Positions 9,926 to 19,765 of a stretch of 64,000 bases of DNA are shown one piece after another. The notes under the pieces are model-generated. The model did not search any database. It was not told where the DNA came from and was given only the letters and a program-made list of their open reading frames with translations. Position 1 is the first letter of the stretch. The number at the start of each line of letters is the position of its first letter. Source of the stretch: a bacterium (GTDB taxonomy: Bacteria; Patescibacteriota; Microgenomatia; JAMCZE01); contig JAKBJL010000003.1 in assembly GCA_021836035.1 (NCBI GenBank), positions 4,135-68,134 on the forward strand, written 5' to 3'. The translations under genes and the position numbers were made by a program.

Positions 9926-10810
9926 ATGGCTAAATTTGTTCCCGATATTAAGACTAACCGCTGGGTAATTATTGCCCCCGCCCGGAGTACGCGGCCGCAC
10001 AACAACGGCAACAGTAAAGAAATTGACGGCAAGTGTGTTTTTTGCCCGGGTAACGAATATTTAAACCCTCTAGAACTCTACCGGGTAAGCGCCCCGCCGG
10101 GAGCGGGGCAAATGCTTACGCCTGACTGGAAAATTCGGGTAATTGCTAACAAGTATCCCATTACTGATATGCATGAAGTGATCATCCATTCTCCGGATCA
10201 TAATGCCGATGTTGACAATCTGCCCCTGGAACATGTGGAAATGCTTATTCATACCTACCGCCAGCGCTATAACTTCCATACGGAAAACGGTCATGGGACG
10301 GTCCTTATTTTCAACAACCATGACGTCCAGGCGGGCGCCTCGATTAAACATGCCCATTCGCAATTGGTGGTTGTTCCTAAACAAATTAATCTGGATACCG
10401 TGATCCGTGAACCGGTAAACAATTTGGTGGCGGAAACCGATTACTTCTATGTCTATTGCCCGGATTTTTCCCAATGGCCGTATGAAGTCTGGATCGCCCC
10501 GCGGGAGGCGGGACATGCTTTCGGAGAGATTAATGACATTCAGGTTAAAAACTTAGCGTCTTTGCTGCAAAAAACCCTTATCATTATCAATAAGAAATTT
10601 TTACCGCCCGACGGGTCAGGGAAAAAGCCCGAAGACAAAGATATTCCTTACAACTATTATATTTACCACGGACCGGACTGGTACTTGAGGGTTATACCGC
10701 GCCTTATTCACCGCGCCGGGTTTGAGCTGGGAACCGGTCTTTCCGTGAATGTTATTGATCCCACCATGGCCGCGGCCGAGTATCGGGAAGAGATGGACAA
10801 ACTTCAGTAA
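9926..10810 (+). CDS. GalT-family HIT nucleotidyltransferase (galactose-1-phosphate uridylyltransferase-like / ADP-glucose phosphorylase-like).
   Basis: Zn-binding CVFCPGNE motif. HIT-like H-x-H-x-Q motif KHAHSQLVVVP. 294 aa. Confidence 0.7.
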   Translation: MAKFVPDIKTNRWVIIAPARSTRPHNNGNSKEIDGKCVFCPGNEYLNPLELYRVSAPPGAGQMLTPDWKIRVIANKYPITDMHEVIIHSPDHNADVDNLPLEHVEMLIHTYRQRYNFHTENGHGTVLIFNNHDVQAGASIKHAHSQLVVVPKQINLDTVIREPVNNLVAETDYFYVYCPDFSQWPYEVWIAPREAGHAFGEINDIQVKNLASLLQKTLIIINKKFLPPDGSGKKPEDKDIPYNYYIYHGPDWYLRVIPRLIHRAGFELGTGLSVNVIDPTMAAAEYREEMDKLQ

Positions 10811-10858
10811 TTCAATAATTAATGAGGCGTTATTATTGATTTGTCGGGTGCTGAATTA

Positions 10859-11098
10859 TTATTTACCCATTCCCAGAAGCCAAAGGACTGCTTCTTTTTT
10901 GTACCTCCGGTCTCCTCTTGAATTGATACGGATGGCGGGCAGTTTGCCTCTTTTACCCCAGCGCTTAATAGTGAGGACAGAAACGCGCAGGAGTTGGGCG
11001 ACTTCTTTGACCGTGAGCAGATCCGGAAGGTTATCGATTGATATTTTTTGATCAACCACAGACATAGAAATATGATCTACTATTATTGTATATAACAA
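10859..11098 (-). CDS. Excisionase/AlpA-family helix-turn-helix DNA-binding protein.
   Basis: LTVKEVAQLLRVSVLTIKRWGKRGKLPAIRINSRGDRRYKKEAV matches the excisionase-family HTH pattern. 79 aa. Confidence 0.5.
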   Translation of the reverse strand: MLYTIIVDHISMSVVDQKISIDNLPDLLTVKEVAQLLRVSVLTIKRWGKRGKLPAIRINSRGDRRYKKEAVLWLLGMGK

Positions 11099-11520
11099 AA
11101 TACCACATCAATTGCAAGGGTCTATCTCTCCTGCTATCCTTCTGTTTTCTCCTGCCCGATATTTACGTGGATATGATACTCTCTTAGCGGATAATGTCCG
11201 GTTTAGGGCTACGGAGCACGTGAGACGAAAATATTTAAATGACAAACCGACCATCGCGAAAGCGCTGCTGGTGGCTATGGCGGTTGGGATACTATACGTA
11301 ATAGTAGCAAAGTGTGGGACAAGCCGGTCGCCGGTTTCGCCCCGGGCCATTTCCCAAATTGCGGAAAAAGCTACCTGGGGTCTTGCACTAGTCGCCGCCG
11401 GGTACATTTCCTGTAACAGGCAGGATTTCGGAGCTTCGTGCGAACAATTGGCGACTTGCAATATAAAAAGGGCGAGCTGGAGGATTTAGAAATTATTACG
11501 ACCCGACCCGGGGTCGGTTA

Positions 11521-12039
11521 AAGACAATTGCTTACCCGGCGCCGGAAAACCATGAATATTTAACCGCTGATGCTTCCGGCAATTTTGCCGGCTGGGCCGG
11601 AGACTGGGATAAGGGTTATTGCGTTTTCGACCTGGGCAGCTGGCATTGAATTTCTTTAAACTCGGAACGCAGCCATGCCGGCGGTTGCCAGGCAGGGTCA
11701 TCGCAGGAAACCTGGTTGCGAAACGATTTGCCCCAGCACCCGGGCGCTGGCGTTTTGGCTTTTTGGCATGAACCGCGGTTTAACTCGGGCTTCCATGATA
11801 ATAATGTTGCCTACACCGCTTTTTGGCAGGATTTGTTTGCGGCGTGTGCCACTTTGGTTTTAAACGGCCATGCCCATGGTTATGAGCGGTTTGTTCCCCA
11901 GGATCCTGCGGGGGTAGCCACTTCCTCCGGAATGCGGGAATTTGTCGTGGGGACGGGCGGGAAGAAATTGACCCGTCCGGACGGCTTATTATCCAATAGC
12001 GAAGCGTTTAATAACTCAAGTTTCGGAATCTTAAATTAA
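11521..12039 (+). pseudogene. C-terminal remnant of a calcineurin-like metallophosphoesterase (purple-acid-phosphatase-like), interrupted by an in-frame TGA at 11647-11649.
   Basis: The frame reads ...KGYCVFDLGSWH*ISLNSE...WLRNDLPQHPGAGVLAFWHEPRFNS...VLNGHAHGYERF. This carries the GNHE-like and GH(D/A)HxYER phosphoesterase motifs. No N-terminal metal-binding motifs occur upstream. Long ORFs in the window end in TAA/TGA, so TGA is a stop in this genome. Confidence 0.5.
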
Positions 12040-12232
12040 ACTTTATACCCTAAATCCTACGATTGGCAGTTTACCCCTGTTCCCGGCGAGGCTATTTCCG
12101 GCTCCGGAAGTGGTAATTGTGTCGGCAATACGGGATATTAAAATAATATCGGGCAAAATATCTACCCCTTTACATCAAAAGAACTCTTCCTATTGGGAAG
12201 AGTTCTTAATTAATTAGCTTAGGAAACTTAAG

Positions 12233-12625
12233 CTACTTAAGTTCCACCGTCGCGCCTGCAGCCTCTAACTTTTTCTTGGCTTCCTCGGCTGTCGCTTTAT
12301 TCACTCCCGTTACCACTTCTTTTGGCGCGGATTCGACTAAAGCTTTCGCTTCGGTAAGTCCCAGAGTAGGAACTACTTCGCGGACGGCCTTGATAGCCGA
12401 AATCTTATTGGCTCCGGCATTGGTTAAAACCACATTGAACGTTGTTTGCTCCTCTTTCGGTTCGCCGTTAGCAGCGTCTGATGCGGCCGCCTGGGGTGCA
12501 GCTACCGCTACCGGTGCCGCGCTGACTCCGAACTTTTCTTCCAAAGCTTTTACCAAATCAGCCAATTCCAAAACGGAAAGTTCGGATATCGCCTCAATTA
12601 TTTCGTCTTTAGATAATTTTGCCAT
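12233..12625 (-). CDS. rplL: 50S ribosomal protein L7/L12.
   Basis: [34 protein letters not shown]... Ala-rich linker. C-terminal [14 protein letters not shown]...[14 protein letters not shown]. Confidence 0.95.
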   Translation of the reverse strand: MAKLSKDEIIEAISELSVLELADLVKALEEKFGVSAAPVAVAAPQAAASDAANGEPKEEQTTFNVVLTNAGANKISAIKAVREVVPTLGLTEAKALVESAPKEVVTGVNKATAEEAKKKLEAAGATVELK

Positions 12626-12746
12626 TAATTATTTCACCACCTTCTGGAAACAGTTAATGAGTTTTAGCGAATTTACTGTTTCTTGAAACCGCCGCTAAAG
12701 CGCAACACGAGCCGTTGTCAATAGATATGAAAGGCGAGCGTTAAGC

Positions 12747-13259
12747 TTAGGCGAGCTTTCCAATGTTGCCCAATACGTAAACTAATTTCTGTAAATTCCC
12801 ATTCAGGGTATGCACCAACCCGTACATGGGCCCGGATAATCTGCTGACTACCTGACCTTGTAGTATTTCTTTACTCGGGAGGGTGGAAATAGCGGCAATT
12901 TGGGCGCTATCATATGTCGTGTTTCCGATAAATCCGCGGCTGACTGCCGGCAACTGAAAATTTTTGATAAATTTATAAAGTTCTTTGATAGGGGTAATTT
13001 CATCACCATAAGCAAGAAGCGCGGCGGTGGGTCCGGGAAAGGCGGTATTCTCCAGATCGAATCCGGAACCCCGGCCGGCAATTTTTAAGAGCGTATTTTT
13101 GACGACAACGTATTCCGCGTCCACTTTGCGGAGAGTCTTGTGAAGTGATTCCAGTTGTTTATGGGTTAAGCCGCGATAGTCTGTCAACACCAGAGCTTTC
13201 GCCCGGCGGACTTTATCGTTAAGGTTGGCAACCGAATCAATATTCCTTTGGTTTGGCAT
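12747..13259 (-). CDS. rplJ: 50S ribosomal protein L10.
   Basis: 170-aa ORF immediately upstream of rplL with L10-like sequence (KALVLTDYRGLTHKQLESLHKTLRK...). Confidence 0.9.
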   Translation of the reverse strand: MPNQRNIDSVANLNDKVRRAKALVLTDYRGLTHKQLESLHKTLRKVDAEYVVVKNTLLKIAGRGSGFDLENTAFPGPTAALLAYGDEITPIKELYKFIKNFQLPAVSRGFIGNTTYDSAQIAAISTLPSKEILQGQVVSRLSGPMYGLVHTLNGNLQKLVYVLGNIGKLA

Positions 13260-13270
13260 ACTTTTGTACC

Positions 13271-13296
13271 AATAAAAAACTTCGGCGACGCCGAAG
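13271..13296 (-). terminator. Intrinsic-terminator-like hairpin plus U-tract about 11 nt upstream of the rplJ start codon. Candidate attenuator in the L10 leader.
   Basis: Minus-strand RNA reads CUUCGGCG-U-CGCCGAAG (7-8 bp GC-rich stem) followed by UUUUUUAUU and then GGUACAAAAGU-AUG (rplJ). Confidence 0.4.
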
Positions 13297-14077
13297 TAGA
13301 ATTATAAATTCCTGCGTGAGTCTTGCACCCTTCCGGAATGCTCACGGTCTTCGGACAACCATACTATTATACATTATAACTTCCCGCGGGGTCAACCCCG
13401 ATCGCGATTGGGGCAGGCTCCCTCAGCAGGCTATAACACTGAGCGTAGCCGAAGCGCCGTTCAATTAGTCGCCAGTTTCAGCCGAGATAATCTGGCTACA
13501 ATATCTACGTTTAGGCAGAAATAGACTCCGGCGGACTTCTCGAGTTCAACCGGTACGACCGGCAGCGCGTCCGGAATAAAATTTCTCATGTTATGGTCGG
13601 GGATTTGACCGCCGCGGTATCTATGGCGTCTACCATCGTTTTATCGAAGGTGTTTCTTTAAACCCGGTCCATATTTTGATGCTTCCGCTTCGGCTTCTAA
13701 TCTTAATCTTCGTATTTTGGGCTAAAAAGATTTGCCTGACGGGAATGCCTGTTTATGGATTGCCAATCCCGCCCATACCTGGAAAGCCGTAGCTGACAAT
13801 GCTACCATTACCTTATTCGGTTTTTCTCCCAATCATTCCTCTCCTTTAGCACGGCGGGATAAGATAATTTTACCGCGCAGGTTAATTTTTCTTTAGAACC
13901 AGCAAATGCTACTTCTGATTTATTTCTAATTTAACTTTCGCTCTGGCCGTAAAATCGGTATTTATACGCGGAACAAAGCCGATGATCTAAACTTACACAG
14001 GAAAGTAGATATTACCAATTAAGGATGAAACTACTTGAAACGGGGTACTGAACAATACAAGATTCTCTTTATCATTC

Positions 14078-15334
14078 CTATCTTCGGGGATCTAGCATGG
14101 GGTGTTTGCGGTCAAAGTCTGCGGCCAATTCCGCAGCCCGTTCTTTTAAGAGACGAAAATCTGCCGGAGTGGGTACCCGGATTCCTAACTCCGGACAATG
14201 TTTGGCCAGGAATTTAATTACCTCGTGAGTTCCGTCGATATCGGTGGTAAAGCAAAGCGTTCCCCCTTCCAGTTCCGGCCGGTAAGTTTGGCGCCGTTTT
14301 CTTTCGATTGCTTCCGTTAAGTTTCGATCATAAGCATGATGTGGGGGATGGATTTCCCAGCAAACCGCTCGGCCGGGGATATCGCTGAGGAGAAAATCGG
14401 TTTTAAATCCCCGGTTTTCGTAAGAGGGAACATGCAATCTCCGGGGATCAAATTTTTCTCCGTTTTGCGAAAGATACCAGGTAATAACGGACAACCGTTC
14501 CAGAGAAGAATCGAAGCGGGTAATTTCTCCGGTCCCGAATTGATAAAAAGCCCGGGGGACAAGCGGCTTTCCGGGTTTTGCTTTTTCGGGAAGGGGGCAG
14601 GGGGGAAATTCTTCAAGTAACCGTTCCGTTTGGCCGCAATATTCCGCCTGATACGCGGCAATTAAGTTCGGATCTTTTACTTTATGATACAGCCAGTTGC
14701 GCATTTGCCCTTTAAAAAAACCCGCCAGGGAATTTTTACCGGCAAATATTTTCGGGTGCTTGGGCCAATTAGCCCAGCCGTCGTATTTTTCCCAAAAAGC
14801 GGGATTCAGACGATGATCCAGGAGAAAGGAGACAAAATCAGGATAATAGTAGCGGCTCAGCGGGGGATTGTGGTAAATCCTTTTCTTGGCGATGGTGGCC
14901 TCTTCCGGTCCGGGATAATTTTTCCGGGTAAAAATATCTACGGCGCGGCAAAATCCCGGAGCGTCGGGAGAAAGCCGGGAGGTGAATTCCTCCTCGCTTT
15001 TGCCGGTCCACTCGCGTCGTAAATTAAGATAAAGACTAAAATGGTTAACGGTTTTAAACCTGTCCAGGAAATCGCCGGAGCGCAGCGGCGAAATCCGGCG
15101 GCGGGCGTGATGGCGCAGCATAACTAAGGTGTCACCAACGGTTTCCAGGTCCCAGCCGGTTAGCCCGTAAGGGTGGGGGTTGCCGGTAATTGCTATTGCT
15201 AATTCAATTTCCGCGGGAGATTTTTCCCGATGATACCGCGGTGGAACCGATAGGGGCAAAGGATGGCCAAGAATATACTCCCTGGTAATAGGAAAAACGA
15301 AAAAATTCCCGGAAAGTTCGTTGGTTACCAGCAT
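14078..15334 (-). CDS. Hypothetical protein (418 aa).
   Basis: Long ORF with no recognisable motif. Divergent from the dockerin operon. Confidence 0.4.
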   Translation of the reverse strand: MLVTNELSGNFFVFPITREYILGHPLPLSVPPRYHREKSPAEIELAIAITGNPHPYGLTGWDLETVGDTLVMLRHHARRRISPLRSGDFLDRFKTVNHFSLYLNLRREWTGKSEEEFTSRLSPDAPGFCRAVDIFTRKNYPGPEEATIAKKRIYHNPPLSRYYYPDFVSFLLDHRLNPAFWEKYDGWANWPKHPKIFAGKNSLAGFFKGQMRNWLYHKVKDPNLIAAYQAEYCGQTERLLEEFPPCPLPEKAKPGKPLVPRAFYQFGTGEITRFDSSLERLSVITWYLSQNGEKFDPRRLHVPSYENRGFKTDFLLSDIPGRAVCWEIHPPHHAYDRNLTEAIERKRRQTYRPELEGGTLCFTTDIDGTHEVIKFLAKHCPELGIRVPTPADFRLLKERAAELAADFDRKHPMLDPRR

Positions 15335-15434
15335 TTACCGGGCAGACTTTCAGATATTAATAAATATTTTTAAAAAAAATACAAGAGGAAAATATTTGGA
15401 GAAAAGTACGGAGAATTATGTTAGATTTAAATTA

Positions 15435-17837
15435 ATGGGGCGAAATCTCCGTGTTAAATTTTTTTTAGTAATTACCTTCTTTTTGGCGTTTGTAAAACCG
15501 GTTTGGGCCGCGGATGTTTTCAGCGATAACTTCGAAAATGGTTTGGGGAATTGGCAGATAACGGCTCTGGGAAATGCGGTGGTAAATACTGCTCTGGACA
15601 CCGATCCCGGCTCTACCCATGGCAATATCCTCCATGTTTATTATCCGGGAAATAACTCCGATATCAAAATTATTTTAAAGAATTTAACTAGCTTAATTTA
15701 CGGCAAATCGAATTTAGTGTATGAGGTTGACTTTTATGACGACCCGGCCAGGGATTACGGAATTAGTTTTTATGTTCGCGATGCCTCAGGCAGATACCTG
15801 GAATTTATTGTTGATAGCCTTACCGGAAATTACCGTTTGCGAAATGATTACGGCGCGCAATCTAAATATTTTGATACCCGGATAAGCCGCAAATTAGGCT
15901 GGCATAAAATCCAGATTATCGTCAGCAGCGCGGGTGCCTATCTGGTAATTGACGGCCAGAATTCCGTTTACCTCCGCGGGCAGATTGCTTATCCCAACGT
16001 GAGTGAGATAGATTTCCCCATCTTTAACGGGCTCACGGGAATTTCCGAGGTCGGAATCGAATACCCCGCGTGGAATAAACCCGCCGGTAACAGTTACTGG
16101 GATAATTTCCGGATTTATGAACTCCGACCCCAGGCGAAAACTACTTCCCAAAAAGAGGAAGATTTAATTCTCGAATACCTGAATAGTTACGAGAGCAATC
16201 TCGGCAATGCCAATTTTCTAAACGCCGAGACTACCCTAAAAGGAATTCAGAATTTTCAACTTTCGCGCCTGGGTTTGGCAGCGGCCTATGGGGTTCGTTA
16301 TAGCGCCGGCGGCGATGTTAACGACCTGGCTAATCTGAAAAAGTATTTAACCGCCGTTATCAACGACTATTGGGCTGCCGGGGGTTGGAAAGGGCAACAA
16401 TCGGAAACGCCAATATCCGGCCAGGTTATAGCCGCCATTGCTTCCTGGCAGTGGAGCAACCTGGATACGACTCTCCGGAACAAAATTTCCGGAATATTGA
16501 ATGATATCGGCACCAATACGAACAAAAATAATTGTATAAGCTCCATGGCGGCAGGTTATGATAATAATCAGATTTCGGATAGCCGAGGAGAGGAATTTGC
16601 CTGGATTGCTTCCTACCTTAAATTTGTCTCCGATGTTTATCAGGATAAATCGGATACCCCGTCTTGCGGGGTCAACGATCCGGCTTTAACTAAATGGAGT
16701 GTGCGGGCAGCTAACTTCGCCTGTGTATCGACGACCCATGCACTTGCGACCGATCCTACTAAAATCGACCCGGGCGATATTTGTACCAGCAACCAGGCGG
16801 TCATGCCCCCCAATCCCTCCTTAACAAGTGCCTTTATCATGCGCAATCACGGAATTGATCATCCGGGTTATGCTTTGACTATTGCCTGGGGGTTGGCCCA
16901 GGCGCAACTTTATCAACTGAACCAGGGGAAAACCGAAAGCCAAATCGAAACTGATTATCGGAGGAATTTTGGTAACTTCTACACCAACAATATCTCCAAC
17001 CTCGTCCGCTTTAATAATTATTCCTATAAACCACTTACGCCGGCGGACATGATCTTTGCCTATACAGGGAAAGACGATTGGGATCAGGATGCGACGCTTC
17101 AAGATCAGGCTTGGGCCTACTTTGACATTATTTTTAAGAATCGGCCCGGCTGGAATTGGACAAATAAGCTTGACGGGATAGTTAATTATGCCTGGTTAAC
17201 ACGGGGCGGCAAAGCTTTTTATCCTCCCCTTGTTGACGGAGATTTAGCGGCCCATTGGCTTGAGCCGGAGGTAATTTCCTGCGGTCCGGGATCCTGCAAC
17301 GCTTACAAGATGAACAGCGCTCTCTATTTTTTTCTAAATTCCATGGACGCTATTGACCGCTTTGAAACACTGTTTATTATTAATCCCTCGGTTTATCCCT
17401 TGCATCTGATTTGTACTCCCAGTACCAGTTGCGGAACTAAAAACTGTGGGACAATACCTGACGGCTGCGGAGGCACCCTAAATTGTGGTCCAACCACACG
17501 GGCCTGTACGGCTGCCTTTGGGACCTGCTCTGTTACCGGAACCCAATCCTGCCAAGTCGATAATACCTACAGTCTAACCTGCACCGCTACTGATCCAAGA
17601 ACGGCCAACTGTGTCGGGAAGAACTGTGGCACTGACGGTTGTGGAGGGGTCTGTGGTACTTGTACCCTGCCCCAAGTCTGCGGCGGGGGGGGAACCCCGA
17701 ATGTTTGTGCTCCTCTCCCCGGAGATCTAAACGGAGACGGGAAAGTAAATATTACCGACCTAAAACAGCTTTTATCTTCCTTTACCAATATCTTCAATTA
17801 CAATTTAGTCGTGGCCAATTTCGGCGAAACCCAATGA
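15435..17837 (+). CDS. Large secreted protein with Cys-rich repeats and a C-terminal dockerin-like tag. First gene of a three-gene operon.
   Basis: ATG at 15435 gives the signal peptide MGRNLRVKFFLVITFFLAFVKPVWA. The track's upstream start is a TTG. C-terminal repeats KNCGTIPDGCGGTLNCG / KNCGTDGCGGVCGTC. Tag PGDLNGDGKVNITDLKQLLSSFTNIFNYNLVVANFGETQ. The stop TGA overlaps the next gene's ATG (ATGA). Confidence 0.7.
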   Translation: MGRNLRVKFFLVITFFLAFVKPVWAADVFSDNFENGLGNWQITALGNAVVNTALDTDPGSTHGNILHVYYPGNNSDIKIILKNLTSLIYGKSNLVYEVDFYDDPARDYGISFYVRDASGRYLEFIVDSLTGNYRLRNDYGAQSKYFDTRISRKLGWHKIQIIVSSAGAYLVIDGQNSVYLRGQIAYPNVSEIDFPIFNGLTGISEVGIEYPAWNKPAGNSYWDNFRIYELRPQAKTTSQKEEDLILEYLNSYESNLGNANFLNAETTLKGIQNFQLSRLGLAAAYGVRYSAGGDVNDLANLKKYLTAVINDYWAAGGWKGQQSETPISGQVIAAIASWQWSNLDTTLRNKISGILNDIGTNTNKNNCISSMAAGYDNNQISDSRGEEFAWIASYLKFVSDVYQDKSDTPSCGVNDPALTKWSVRAANFACVSTTHALATDPTKIDPGDICTSNQAVMPPNPSLTSAFIMRNHGIDHPGYALTIAWGLAQAQLYQLNQGKTESQIETDYRRNFGNFYTNNISNLVRFNNYSYKPLTPADMIFAYTGKDDWDQDATLQDQAWAYFDIIFKNRPGWNWTNKLDGIVNYAWLTRGGKAFYPPLVDGDLAAHWLEPEVISCGPGSCNAYKMNSALYFFLNSMDAIDRFETLFIINPSVYPLHLICTPSTSCGTKNCGTIPDGCGGTLNCGPTTRACTAAFGTCSVTGTQSCQVDNTYSLTCTATDPRTANCVGKNCGTDGCGGVCGTCTLPQVCGGGGTPNVCAPLPGDLNGDGKVNITDLKQLLSSFTNIFNYNLVVANFGETQ

Positions 17838-19765
17838 AGAGAATAATTTTTATTTTGTTCTTGGGAATATTTTTACTCCAGGGAAAAAAGGTCTTTGCCG
17901 CGGGATTTGCTGCACCTGCAAGGATATATGCCTCTTCGGAACTGCAGGTATCCGGGTACAACTGGAGCGCTCAAAATGTCCTGGACAACAATCCCCAAAC
18001 TGCCTGGTCGTCTAAACAACTATCCGGTCCGGATAATTCTGAATGGTTGACTTTTGATTTCGGCACTCCCGTATCCCTGGCTAAAATCATAGTCACGCCC
18101 AGAGTTTGGCAAAATCGCATTCAGGCTTTCCCGAAGGCTTTCAATATCGGCTACAGCGACGATGGCTCTACCTGGAAAATTATTCCCGGCTTTGATTTTC
18201 AAAGTTTTCCTGACCCCCAACCTAACTCTGATGGTACCGCGCCACAACTGCCATTTCCTGTTAACTCTACATATCGTTTTTTTGGCCTCGGTTTTTCCAA
18301 AGCTACCACTGACAGCTATGGGGGTTATTTTATTCAGCTGGCCGACGTCCGTTTTCTTACTAGCGAATGCACATTGGACAGCGATTGTTCCGCCGGCCAA
18401 TCCTGCCGGCAGGGAGTTTGCGGTGTCAACACTTTACCGTACTGGAATTTAAAGCCCGGCAGCTACTGGATTTTGTCCGGTACCGATAATTATAGCGGCA
18501 TTCCGCTTTCTTTTCGGCAAAGATACGATTTGGAATTACCGGAAAATATCTGCACTGACGGGTCAAACAAGAGTGTCTTAACCTGGCGCGTTACCCGAGA
18601 TGTCGCTTGCCCCTATCCCCACCAATGTTATTGGGGTAATTTAAGATTTATGTTCGTCGATCCGACAGTTGACACCAGCCCTTTTATCTGGGCCACCGCA
18701 GATAAGCGCTATACACGTAACCCGGACAGTCCATTTGCCGATATCGGTACTCTTTACCAACACAGTTATTTTAGCGGACGGTTGGATACCTCCCAACCGT
18801 ACGTGCCGCCCTATCTTTATTCGCCCAAATTCCTTCCGGGCTTAGGCAATAATCTCGAATACCGCTACAACCAAAACTATTATTGGAACTATGGCCAGCC
18901 CGGGATACCAATCGCCGATGAGAACATGTGCCGTGATACCTCGCTCGGCCGTGACCAGGCAGATTTGATTATGAGATACCAATTGACCGGCATAAATACC
19001 CCGGCGTATCATGGTCCGGCTTTATTAGTCAGTCAGGGGGAGAAGTCAAGCTGGTGTACTAGGGAAGATTGGTACTTAGCACCCAACATCGGCATTTCCA
19101 GGGTTGACCAGTGGAATTGTAATACTACCGGAAATTCCTGTTATGACGGACAGCATTTCGGCAGTTGTAACTGCAATTCCTGGACCATTGATTCCGGAAA
19201 TCACCCGAACTGCTATCAGAATTTGGCTCTACAGGATCCTGCGATGAGCATGTCCCTGGTTAAATATTATCTTGGCCATGCCTTGCAGGCTTCGGTCAAC
19301 AACACCACTTCCGTCCAAACTAACGCAAGGCAAACATTGGCTTTTAACTTTATAGATCCTTCAACCAACTTTACCTATGAGGGGCAGCTGGATACGGAAA
19401 ACAGTTTTATTTCTCCCGACGGTAATTCCCTCGTTGCTGCTGGGAAATGGAATACTTGGGTCGGAACGGACGGCAAAGTGACTATGACCATTGGCCAAAA
19501 TATTCTTCCCGGTACCTACCGCACTCGCTTCCGCCCTCATTTTTTCAGTTCGCCTGACAGCGCCTTACAAACTAATGCCGAATCTGTTACCGGGCAAAAC
19601 AACCTTCCCTGGAGCAACGAAGTAACTCTAACTATCAATCCGATTCCCGGCGACTTAAACGGCGACGGCCAGGTTAATATCGCCGATTTACGGGCCTTGC
19701 TCGGAAACTTTTCCGGCATCTTCAATTACAATTTAGTCGTGGCCAACTTTGGCAAAACCCAATGA
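17834..19765 (+). CDS. Secreted protein with an F5/8 type C (discoidin) domain and a C-terminal dockerin-like tag.
   Basis: Signal peptide MKRIIFILFLGIFLLQGKKVFA. The discoidin-like segment is YNWSAQNVLDNNPQTAWSS...WLTFDFG...YSDDGSTW. C-terminal tag PGDLNGDGQVNIADLRALLGNFSGIFNYNLVVANFGKTQ. ATGA stop/start overlaps at both ends. Confidence 0.7.
   Translation: MKRIIFILFLGIFLLQGKKVFAAGFAAPARIYASSELQVSGYNWSAQNVLDNNPQTAWSSKQLSGPDNSEWLTFDFGTPVSLAKIIVTPRVWQNRIQAFPKAFNIGYSDDGSTWKIIPGFDFQSFPDPQPNSDGTAPQLPFPVNSTYRFFGLGFSKATTDSYGGYFIQLADVRFLTSECTLDSDCSAGQSCRQGVCGVNTLPYWNLKPGSYWILSGTDNYSGIPLSFRQRYDLELPENICTDGSNKSVLTWRVTRDVACPYPHQCYWGNLRFMFVDPTVDTSPFIWATADKRYTRNPDSPFADIGTLYQHSYFSGRLDTSQPYVPPYLYSPKFLPGLGNNLEYRYNQNYYWNYGQPGIPIADENMCRDTSLGRDQADLIMRYQLTGINTPAYHGPALLVSQGEKSSWCTREDWYLAPNIGISRVDQWNCNTTGNSCYDGQHFGSCNCNSWTIDSGNHPNCYQNLALQDPAMSMSLVKYYLGHALQASVNNTTSVQTNARQTLAFNFIDPSTNFTYEGQLDTENSFISPDGNSLVAAGKWNTWVGTDGKVTMTIGQNILPGTYRTRFRPHFFSSPDSALQTNAESVTGQNNLPWSNEVTLTINPIPGDLNGDGQVNIADLRALLGNFSGIFNYNLVVANFGKTQ

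Noticed and set aside
11108-11489. Two mutually overlapping ORFs on opposite strands (11112..11489 + and 11108..11461 -).
   Set aside because: No motif or compositional support for either. At most one can be real. The region looks like decayed sequence next to the phosphoesterase remnant.
11647-11649. In-frame TGA inside the metallophosphoesterase fragment, considered as evidence for a TGA-recoded (code 25-like) genome.
   Set aside because: Long conserved genes in the window (glgA, GH57, the surface proteins) terminate with TAA/TGA and show no in-frame TGA. The residue at that position in homologs is hydrophobic, not Gly. A pseudogene is more likely.
13306-13340. Possible SRP (4.5S) RNA in the rplJ leader, based on a CCGGAAGG core inside the cgtgag...ctcacg hairpin.
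   Set aside because: The flanking sequence does not match the conserved SRP domain IV consensus (GGUCAGGUCCGGAAGGAAGCAGC). Left as an unassigned structured element pending a covariance-model scan.
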